13,486 bases of DNA from Octopus sinensis (GCF_006345805.1 NW_021826162.1:1-13486); one strand, 5' to 3'; counted from the stretch's first letter, positions 1 through 8,023 are shown. Made by a program: numbers and translations. Notes: a model not told the origin generated them from the sequence alone.

Positions 1-56
1 AGGGGTGTGTTTATACTATCCTGTGTATCTGTCAGTTGATATGTGATAGTATGACT

Positions 57-383
57 GTGTGTGTGTGTGTATATGTTTGTGTGTAGTGTGTGTCTGTGCT
101 CATCAGCGAATCCAAGTGTTTGATTGTATGTTTGTGTGTGTGTATGTGTGTGTGTGTGTGTGTGTGAGTATTATATGGATACATACACACACACTCACAC
201 TCACACACACATATATATATATTTACACACAGAAACGTTTGCACATGCGCCAGTGTGCTCGCAATCCTGAAATGCATTCACATGATTAAATGTGCGTATA
301 CATATGTATGTATATATGTATGCATGTATATATGTATGTATGCATGTATGTATATATGTATGTACGTATGTATATATTATATA

Positions 384-421
<38 letters not shown>

Positions 422-470
422 TCATACTCACAGACACATTAATAAGTACATATGTATATATGTGTGTTGT
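57..470. repeat. Compound dinucleotide/tetranucleotide microsatellite field ((GT)n, (CA)n, (TATG)n, (TA)n)
   Basis: Direct: GT runs at 57-167, CA at 182-210, TATG/TA at 300-415. These explain the low-complexity ORFs 32..277, 59..289, 255..626 and 292..516. Confidence 0.95.
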
Positions 471-911
471 GCACATTACCGCGGCGCCCAGCATGAGAGT
501 AAGATGCAAATTATAGCCAGTTGTTTGCTACAGTTGTTGGTAATAAACTTAACTAGTCGTATCGGTGGTGGATGTGGTGGCGGTGGGGGTATAGTAGAAG
601 CTGGTGATGGAGCAAATGTATGGTAAAGTTGAAAGTGAAAGTAAAGTCTCTTTGAGAGTCTCTTTGCCGAATGAAGCTCAATTGAGATATACGTAGGTAT
701 GTGCGTCTGCATATATATATATACATATACAAATATACATATATATATACATATACAAATATACATATATATATATACTTATATGTGTGTGTTTATATAC
801 ACACGTTGTATGCGACATGTAGCAGCATATCGTTGATCTAATGAACAGCGATTCTTCTCCCGAATATCATGTTATTGATGGCATGTCGTCATCGCCGGCT
901 TCCTCGTCTTT

Positions 912-1330
912 TTATATATATATATATATATATATATTACCATCATCATCATTATCATCTTCATCATCATCATTTCGCTGCCGCCGCCGCCGCCACCCTC
1001 ACCTCCACCACCACCACCACCACCACCACCACCACCACCACCACTACCACGGCCGCCGCCACCACGGCCGCCGCCACCGCCACGGCTGCCGCCACCGCCA
1101 CGGCTGCCGCCACCGCCACAGCTGCCGCCACCACCGTATTTACATCATCATTATCACCGCTGTCGTCATCACCGTCGTCGTCGTCATCATCGTCATCATC
1201 ATCATCATTTATTATGTGGACCACCACCACCACCACCACCACCACCAACAACATCAACAACAACAACAACGACATCAACACTTTTCCTATACTTCTCCAC
1301 CGCTTCATCCTCCTTCTCATCATTTTGTTG
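912..1330. repeat. Compound microsatellite: (TA)n, then (CAT)n/(CGC)n/(CAC)n/(CGT)n/(CAA)n triplets
   Basis: Direct: stop-poor triplet runs keep frames open on both strands (ORFs 841..1458, 869..1384, 970..1323). Confidence 0.95.
1048..1134. repeat. GC-rich 18-bp minisatellite, about 5 copies of CACGGCYGCCGCCACCGC
   Basis: Direct: units at 1048-1062 (15 bp), 1063-1080, 1081-1098, 1099-1116 and 1117-1134. Confidence 0.9.
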
Positions 1331-1456
1331 TCCTCCTCGCAGCCTTGGTCTTCGACCTCGTCATCCTTCCCATCTTTGTCATAATTCTCATCACCCGCAT
1401 CATTTTTATCATCAGTTTTGTATATCTCGACATACTAAGACCTAATACATTTCCTT

Positions 1457-1994
1457 GACACTCCGTCAGTTACTACGACGAGGGTCCCAGTCGACCCGGT
1501 CAACGGAAAAGCCTACCCATGAAATTCACATGCAAGTGGCTGAGTACTCCATAGACACACATACCTGTACTGTAGTTCTCAGGGAGATTCAGTGTGACAA
1601 AATGGGAAGGCGGCGAGCTGGTAGAAACGTTAGCACTCCGGCCGAAATGCTTAGCTGTATTTCGTCTGCCGTTACGTTCTGAGTTCAAATTCCGCCGAGG
1701 TCGACTTTGCCTTTCATCCTTTCGGAGTCGATAAATTAAGTACCAGTTACGCACTGGGGTCGATGTAATCGACTGAATCGCTTTGTCTGTCCCCTCTATG
1801 TTTAGCCCCTTATGGGCAATAAAGAAATAAAAATGTTACAAAGCTGGCTTTTGGAATTACAGGTACACTTCATTTTGCCAGCTGAGTGGACTGGAAGAAC
1901 GTGAAATGAAGAACACAATGCGTTGAAAGAAATCGAACTCATGTCCTTACGGTCCTGAGCGGCATACCTTAACCACTAAGCCATACGCCTTCAC
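1457..1994 (-). mobile_element. tRNA-headed SINE (host), split by a younger SINE at 1605-1829; pieces 1994-1836 and 1604-1457
   Basis: On the minus strand, A-box TGGCTTAGTGG lies at 1983-1973 and B-box-like GAGTTCGATTTC at 1940-1929. With 1605-1829 removed, the joined sequence (TGTACCTGTAATTCCAAAAGCCAGCTTTGTAACATTTTGTCACACTGAATCTCC...CCCTCGTCGTAGTAACTGACGGAGTG) aligns collinearly with the 3' half of the SINE at about 8415-8597. Confidence 0.8.
1605..1829 (+). mobile_element. SINE monomer (GGCGGCGAGCTGG-head family) with a Meta-domain-like core
   Basis: Homologous to the inverted copy at 4922-5150. Core GTCGACTTTGCCTTTCATCCTTTCGGAGTCGATAAATTAAGTACC (1700-1744) resembles, from memory, the MetaSINE/Sauria-SINE central domain. 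A-rich tail AATAAAGAAATAA. Candidate TSD AAAATG at 1599-1604 and 1830-1835. Confidence 0.85.
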
Positions 1995-2143
1995 ACCTGA
2001 TATATAAATGGATAATTAACCAGTTCGGAAAGGAAGGTACTATCAATGGATGGTGTATTAAAGAATATGTTACTAACAACGGCTAGATTATGTAGTTTAA
2101 TGATTAAACATAAAAGAGGCATATTTGAAGACGATTTATAGTA

Positions 2144-2664
2144 ACGTAAATCCTCGAGTATAATCCGCATTTTCCCTCCAAAATTTAAAGGTCAAAATGC
2201 CCAGTTCGTACTATATACGAGGATAAAAATGAAAATTTTTTCTAAGCACTGTCCGAGTCTTTATTTGCTGTCCAGCAATGTTTATTCAGACGCATTATGT
2301 GATGTCGGGCACGAAAATACCTTAAGCTAAGCCTGAAAGCAATGAAGTCATAAAAGAATCATCCATAACTTGCAGTAAGCAACATTTATTAAAATAAAAG
2401 TATTCAGAACACAGAATAACATGTAACAAAAACAATTTGGAAACATATTTACATTCCCATATAACAGTTAAGAACATCACCATTATTGTATTACGCATGC
2501 GCGGAAGTGTTTGTTCGACTAGGTGCTGCTGGCTTAATTACGCACGACTCAAGTTAGAGAATGGGTGCGTGTTATACACTAGGTTTAGGTTTTTCAAAGG
2601 TACAGCCTCCTAAAAATCCCCTGCGTATTATAATCAAGGGCGGGCTATACTCGAGGATTTACAG
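2144..2664. mobile_element. Non-autonomous Tc1/mariner-superfamily MITE, Tc2/pogo-like, 521 bp
   Basis: 25-bp TIRs: ACGTAAATCCTCGAGTATAATCCGC (2144-2168) versus the reverse complement of 2640-2664, CTGTAAATCCTCGAGTATAGCCCGC (21/25 identical, 17 contiguous). Flanked by TA at 2142-2143 and 2665-2666. No transposase ORF. Confidence 0.85.
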
Positions 2665-2900
2665 TATGTAGATGAGATAAAGGCTACTTGTATACAAGTA
2701 TACATACACATATAATATATAAATACATACATTCATAAACACGCACGCACACACACACACACACACACATACACGAGTACAGTTTGCCTACAAATGAATG
2801 TGTATCAGTTGTGTTAACGTCAGCCATATAACTAAATTGCTTTGTTAACTCAGAATCTAATGAAAAATTCCCAAGGAATTTTTTGTATGAACAAGTGGGG

Positions 2901-3135
2901 AAGGTGGTGGTGGTAGTAGTAGTAGTAGTAGTGGTAGTGGAGTTGATGGTGGTAGTTGTAGTAGTAGTGGAGGTGGTGGTTGTAGTGGTAGTAATGGAGG
3001 TGGTGGTGGTGGTAGTAGTAGTAGTAGTGGAGTTGGTGGTGGTAGTGGTAGTAGTGGAGGTGGTGGTGGTGGTGGTGGTAGTAGTAGTAGAGGAGGAGGT
3101 GGTGGTGATGGTGGTAGTAGTAGTAGTAGTAGTAA
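2901..3135. repeat. (GTA)n/(GTG)n compound triplet microsatellite with internal higher-order GTAGTAGTGGAGKTGGTGGT motif
   Basis: Direct. It explains the poly-Val ORF 2883..3374 and the poly-His/Tyr ORF 2850..3191. Confidence 0.95.
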
Positions 3136-3149
3136 TTATTTGTAGTAAT

Positions 3150-3465
3150 ATGGGGATATGCGCTGTAACAGCACTTCACTGCATGCATCATTTATTGGTG
3201 ATTTCCTATAACTCCAAGCGGATGACACCTTTGCACCACCACTCATGCGACAAACCCTCCAACCCAAGGGTCTGTTTTGGGATAATCGGTGCTGATGAGA
3301 GTTTTTACGACAAAGGAAACGTTCAGGACCCTCCTTTGACATGTCGGTTCCTGCACAGTGCTAGAGCAACGTGAAGCGAAGTGTTTTGCTCCAGAACACA
3401 ACGCACAACCGGTCCGAGAATCGACCTCACGATCGCCAGATGGTGAGTGAAACACACTAAAGACA
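3150..3465 (-). mobile_element. Degenerate tRNA-headed SINE with a tail not seen elsewhere in the window
   Basis: Minus strand GAGGTCGATTCTCGGACCGG...TTGTGTTCTGGAGCAAAACACTTCGCTTCACGTTGCTCTAG (about 3430-3360) matches the heads at 1868-1994 and 9120-9265. The tail (3150-3355) and its boundary are inferred only. Confidence 0.6.
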
Positions 3466-4060
3466 ACGAAGCCTAAAAAAGATTTAAAAAATTACATTCG
3501 ATTTTTTTTTTCGGTCTTTATTTTGAATTTTTTGTTTCTATTTGTATGTCTGATAGTTTGCTTCAGTGACGTAGAGAACAAAAAAAAAAAAAAAAAAAAG
3601 AAGAAGAAAAACAGATTAAACTCTTCAAACTCTGAGTATAAACATTGAAATGTCAACAGCTAAATATTTACAAAAGAAAAAATAATCTAAATAATCCGAA
3701 GCTGAAATTAGATGGCAAAAATCGAATCTAAATTACCCGTCAGTTTTTGACGCTAAGAATACATTAGTAGTAGATCTAAACTGCTTTGATACAGGTTATA
3801 TAGTTTGATCATTATCTCAGTTTTGACATCTATAGATGATCAATCAGCTTCTCTTAAACTGATACGATGTCGTAATTCTGACCCGACTCTTGATCTCAGG
3901 CATCACTATAATTTATGGTTATATCTGTTGTGTACCTTACCGATACTTCTGTTGATTATGGTGAAAATGCTGGAGTTCCTCACAGATTGTATCAGTATGA
4001 ACGAAGGAAGTTTCTAGTGACACATAACAGTGAGCCAGAATATCTTACAACAATATAGAG

Positions 4061-4737
4061 CAGTGGTTTTCAACGAGGGTACACAAGGTCTTTGGAAGTT
4101 CATGTGGCCCTTCTTGGGGGTCTATATGGCTTTTGGGGCTCCATATGGTTCTTGGGGATCCATATAAGATTCTAGGCGTGGCTGTGTGGTAAGAGGCTTG
4201 ATTCCCCAACAACATGGTTCCAGGTTCAGTCCCACTGCGTGATACCTTGGATAATAGTCTTCTACAAAGCCTCGGGTCGACTAAAACCTTGTGAGTGGAT
4301 TTGGTACAGGGAAATTGAAAGAAGCCCATCGTATATATATATATATGTTTGTATATGTGTGCGCGCGCGTGTGTGTGTGTATTTGTGTCTATGTTTGTCC
4401 CTTTATCACCTCTTGACAACCGGTGATAATGTGTTTACGTCCCCGTAACTTAGCGGTTCGGCAAAAGAAAACGATAAAATAAATACTAGACCTTAAAGAA
4501 ATAAGTCCCGGGGTCGATTTCTTCGACTAAAACTCTTCCAAGCGGTGCTCCACCATGGCCGCAATCAAATGATCGAAACACGTGAAACAATATTTTATAC
4601 AATTCTTAAAACTATTTAATCATAAAAGTATAATAGGAGTTTTTAGACATTGAATAGCAATGAGGGTACCTCGGCCCCATCAGGATAAAATAGGAATCAA
4701 AGGAGTCCGTAGGTAAAAAAAGGGTTGAGAACCACAG
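4061..4737. mobile_element. Non-autonomous hAT (Charlie-like) MITE, interrupted by a SINE at about 4174-4590
   Basis: TIR CAGTGGTTTTCAAC (4061-4074) versus the reverse complement of 4724-4737, CTGTGGTTCTCAAC (12/14). The 8-bp flanks ATATAGAG (4053-4060) and TTGTAGAG (4738-4745) match 6/8 with central TA, as in the Charlie NTCTAGAN target preference. Confidence 0.8.
4174..4590 (+). mobile_element. CORE-like SINE with internal TA/TG microsatellite linker, near full length
   Basis: A-box TGGCTGTGTGG (4179-4189) and B-box-like GGTTCAGTCCC (4223-4233). Collinear with copies at 5391-5870 and, inverted, 6207-6614. Ends GGCGGTGCTCCACCATGGCCGCAATCAAATGATCGAAACA. Confidence 0.9.
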
Positions 4738-4753
4738 TTGTAGAGCATAATAT

Positions 4754-5150
4754 TCTTTTCTACTCTAGGCACAAGGCCCGAAATTTTGGGGGAGGGGCCC
4801 AGTCGACTAGATGGATCCCAGTACGCAACTGGTACTTAATTTATCGACCCCGAAAGGATGGAAGGCAAAGTCAACCTCGGCGGAATTTGAACTCAGAGCG
4901 TAGCGACGGGCGAAATACCTGTTTCTTTACTACCCACAAGAAGCTACACACAGAGGGGACACACAAGGACAGACAAACGGAATAAGTCCATTATATCGAC
5001 CCCAGTGCGTAACTGGTACTTAATTTATCGACCCCGAAAGGATGAATGGCAAAGTCGACCTCGGTGGAATTTGAACTCAAAACGTAGCGGCAAACGAAAT
5101 ACCGCTAAGCATTTCGCCCGGCGTGCTAACGTTTCTGCCAGCTCGCCGCC
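4754..5150 (-). mobile_element. Dimeric SINE of the Meta-like family with an intact target-site duplication
   Basis: Perfect direct repeat TTGTAGAGCATAATAT at 4738-4753 and 5151-5166 (14 bp if the TT belongs to the head). Internal 93-bp duplication 4827-4919 versus 5011-5103, with 10 mismatches by hand count. The first monomer matches 1607-1829. Confidence 0.92.
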
Positions 5151-5390
5151 TTGTAGAGCATAATATCACGGGGTAAGTTTACAGGATCGCTTCGAAGTGC
5201 TAGAAATAGCACCCAGAATCCTTTAGCTTCAAACACCTATTGTCTTAAAAAAGAAAAGGGATATATTTAAAAAATAAAATAAAATTTTAGCTTCCTCTAG
5301 GGACCAAAATGCTTTTGCTTACAGGTTTGGTCAGTAATGGGTTGACGATGCGGGACGAAATAATAACAGCAACAACAATAAAGACATTAT

Positions 5391-5870
5391 GCAGGCATGG
5401 TTGAGTGGAAGCACAAGCATGGTTGTGTCGTTAAGAAGCTCGTTTTGTAACCATGTGGTTTCGTGATCGATCCCACTGTGCGGCACCTTGGGCAAGTGTT
5501 TTCTATAATAGACTGAGGTGAACCAATGCCTTATGAGATGATTTGGTAGACGGATACTATGTTGAAGCCATTCGTGTATATCTGCGTGTGTTTGTGTATG
5601 CATGTGTGTGTGTGTGTGGGGGGGTGTATATATGTGTGGGTATGTATCTTTGTATGTGTGTTTGTCGTCCCCTACAACGCTTGACAACTGGTTTTGGAAT
5701 GCTTACATCACCGTAACTTAGCGGTTTTGCAATAGAAACCAACAAAATAAATACCTGACTTAGAAAAAAAAATTTTAATTCTGTGGGTTAGCCTCTTCCA
5801 CTGAAACCTTTCAAGGCGGTGCCCGAGTTTGGCTGCGGTCGAGTGACTGAAACAAGTCAACGATAAAAGT
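5391..5870 (+). mobile_element. CORE-like SINE, diverged copy with a duplicated 5' start
   Basis: CCTTGGGCAAGT (5486-5497) matches the CORE/MIR core motif. Collinear with 4174-4590. GCATGGTTG occurs twice at the 5' end (5395-5403 and 5417-5425). Confidence 0.85.
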
Positions 5871-5972
5871 TAAAGCTCCTTAAATTCACGCACAAAACGC
5901 CTTAAAACCAGACAAGGGACAACTTGTAAGAAATATACACTTAGTGACCCCTGACAGTCGGAAAAGATTTAG

Positions 5973-6206
5973 TCTTTATTCTTTTTCTTGTTTCAGCCAT
6001 TTGACCGGGGTCATGCTGGAACACCACCTTAAATTGTTTAGACGAATGATTCGACCCCAGTACTTATTCTTTAAGCCTGGTACTTATTCTATCAGTTCTC
6101 TTTTGCCAACCGCTAGCTTACGGGAACATAAACACACCAACATCGGTTGTCAAGCAGTGATGGGGGAACAAACATAGTCACAAAGAAACACATAGATATA
6201 TACATA
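5973..6206 (-). mobile_element. 3' half of an older CORE-like SINE whose 5' half is at 6615-6789
   Basis: Matches only the post-linker half of the family (GTTTGTTCCCCCATCACTGCTTGACAACCGATG to AATGGCTGAAACAAG on the minus strand) and starts at the internal microsatellite. Confidence 0.8.
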
Positions 6207-6614
6207 CTCTTTTACTCTTTTACTTGTTTCAGTCATTTGACTGCGGACATACTGGAGCACCGCCTTTAGTCGAGAAAATCGACCCCAGGACTTATTCTTT
6301 AGAAGCCTAGTACTTATCCTATAGGTATTTTTTGCCGAACCGCTAAGTTACGGGGACGTAAACACACTACCATCGGTTTTCAAGCGATGCTGAGTGGGTG
6401 GGGGGACAAACACAGACACACAAACATATATACACACACACATGCATATATACGACGGGCATCTTTCAGTTTCCGTCTACTAAATCCACTCACAAGGCTT
6501 TGGTCGGCCCGAGGCTATAGCAGAAGACACTTGCTCAAGGTGCCATGCAGTAAGAATGAACCCGGAACCATGTAGTTGGTAAGCAAGCTACTTACCACAC
6601 AGCCACTCATGCGC
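6207..6614 (-). mobile_element. Full-length CORE-like SINE with tandem (AAGAGTA)-type tail
   Basis: Head GCGCATGAGTGGCTGTGTGGTAAG at 6614 downward and tail CTCTTTTACTCTTTTAC at 6207-6223. Flanked by ATACATA at 6200-6206 and 6615-6621. Confidence 0.9.
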
Positions 6615-6789
6615 ATACATATATACGACAAGCATCTTTCAATCTCCGTCTACCAAATCTTCTCACAAGGCTTTATTCGACCCGAGGCTGTACTAGAAGA
6701 CACTTACCCAAGGTGCCACGCAGTGGTACTGAATCCGGAACCATGTGGTTGGGGAGCAAGCTTCTTGCCACACAGCCACGCCTGCGCCT
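6615..6789 (-). mobile_element. 5' half (tRNA head plus CORE) of the older CORE-like SINE
   Basis: Minus strand AGGCGCAGGCGTGGCTGTGTGGCAAG...GGCACCTTGGGTAAGTG...GTCGTATATATGTAT, ending exactly at the internal linker. Confidence 0.85.
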
Positions 6790-6846
6790 ACATTTGATCA
6801 TTGTTTGTTTGTTTTTTTTTTAACTGGAGTTGAAAACTCGGGGCTA

Positions 6847-6897
6847 AACAACAACAGCAACAACAAGAACAACAACATCAACAACAACAACAACATA
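6847..6897. repeat. (AAC)n microsatellite
   Basis: Direct. Confidence 0.9.
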
Positions 6898-7136
6898 ACA
6901 CGTATTGTGTTTTATGGTTGTATTTCGAAAGAGGATGTAAACAAGTTCTTCAAATGACCGACCTTAACTGAAGCAAGGTTAAATGAAACAGCAGAAAACC
7001 AAAATAAAAGTGACGTTTAGTAATCTCAAATACAATGGACTCATTGACGCGCCGTTTCCATTTTTATTGTTATAACTGTATACATTTACGTATTACGGCA
7101 TTGTTTGCCAATACCGTGACGTTATTGAACGAAATG

Positions 7137-7280
7137 TACTTATATATATATATATATATATATTATATTATATTATATATTTATACACACACATATGTTA
7201 TATATGAATTCATATATATGTGTGTATATATATATATATATATGTGTGTGTGGTGTGTGTGTGTGTGTGTGTGTGTGTGT
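7137..7280. repeat. (TA)n/(GT)n microsatellite
   Basis: Direct. Confidence 0.95.
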
Positions 7281-7439
7281 GGAGGTGCAATGGCCCAGTG
7301 GTTAGGGCAGCGGACTCGCGGTCGTAGGATCGCGGTTTCGATTCCCAGACCGGGCGTTGTGAGTGTTTATTGAGCGAAAACACCTAAAAACTCCACGAGG
7401 CGGTGTGTAGCAACATCTGATGGTCTGGTCGGTCACGTG

Positions 7440-7441
<2 letters not shown>
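7279..7441 (+). mobile_element. Short tRNA-headed SINE with the same head as 8218-8601 but a different or deleted body
   Basis: 7279-7401 is about 97% identical to 8218-8339. A-box TGGCCCAGTGG (7291-7301), B-box GTTTCGATTCC (7335-7345). It then switches to an unrelated 40 bp (GGTGTGTAGCAACATCTGATGGTCTGGTCGGTCACGTGAT) followed by (TA)n. Confidence 0.85.

Positions 7442-7491
<50 letters not shown>
7442..7491. repeat. (TA)n microsatellite
   Basis: Direct. Confidence 0.95.
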
Positions 7492-7494
<3 letters not shown>

Positions 7495-7676
7495 GGAGTA
7501 AACACATAAATGTGAAACAAGGTGGAAAAAAGAGTACTCAAATACCAGTGGTAGAGTAATATGCTTTATTTTAAGCAGCAGAAAATTCAACAAAATCTGT
7601 TACTCTGAGTTTCTCGTTGCCGAGAAACTCAGAGTAACAGATTTTGTTGAATTTTCTGCTGCTTAAAATAAAGTAT
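7492..7676 (-). mobile_element. Putative Penelope-like element terminal fragment with an inverted (fold-back) end
   Basis: Non-microsatellite island between two (TA)n tracts. The minus strand reads CGGCAACGA-GAAAC-TCAG-AGTA-ACAG, the 3' half of a minimal type I hammerhead motif, followed by AAATAAAGC. The family assignment is inference and recall. Confidence 0.45.
7564..7673. repeat. Perfect inverted repeat: 53-bp arms with 4-nt spacer TTGC
   Basis: 7564-7616 is the exact reverse complement of 7621-7673. Pairing extends to 7559/7678 with one G-T mismatch. Confidence 0.97.
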
Positions 7677-7706
7677 ATATATATATATATATATTATAAT
7701 ATATAT

Positions 7707-7763
<57 letters not shown>

Positions 7764-7827
7764 TGTGTGTGTGTGTATGTAACTATCTTTGAATACAGAC
7801 AGATAAATGTGTGTGTGTATGTGTGTA

Positions 7828-7866
<39 letters not shown>

Positions 7867-7938
7867 TATATATATCTGCATCTATCTATCAATGAATACA
7901 GACAGATATATGGGTGTGTGTATGTATGTGTGTATATG

Positions 7939-8023
<85 letters not shown>

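Noticed and set aside
841-1458. 205-aa His-rich ORF, plus overlapping 171-aa Thr/Ala/Ser-rich and 117-aa antisense ORFs; tempting as a cephalopod His-rich structural protein
   Set aside because: Frames are open on both strands because CAC/CAT/CGC triplets lack stops. The ORF crosses a (TA)n tract (YIYIYI) and lacks the Gly-His-rich repeats of squid beak His-rich proteins and any clear signal peptide.
3292-3345. CTGATGA...GAAAC...GTC hammerhead-like words
   Set aside because: Stem II cannot close next to the core (G3299 opposite G3315), and no stem I register pairs directly beside CTGATGA. At best this is a decayed or chance match.
2850-3374. Poly-Val and poly-His/Tyr ORFs
   Set aside because: They are translations of the (GTA/GTG)n microsatellite running into a SINE.
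3941-4013. Possible 73-nt minus-strand exon (CACTAG acceptor, GTAAGG donor) and ORF 3805..4017
   Set aside because: The polypyrimidine tract is weak, no open frame gives a recognisable peptide, and there is no partner exon.
7279-7352. tRNA-like sequence, also at 8218-8291
   Set aside because: The A/B boxes and D-stem are present, but the anticodon, T and acceptor stems do not pair. Both copies continue into SINE bodies, and one has a TSD, so these are SINE heads, not tRNA genes.
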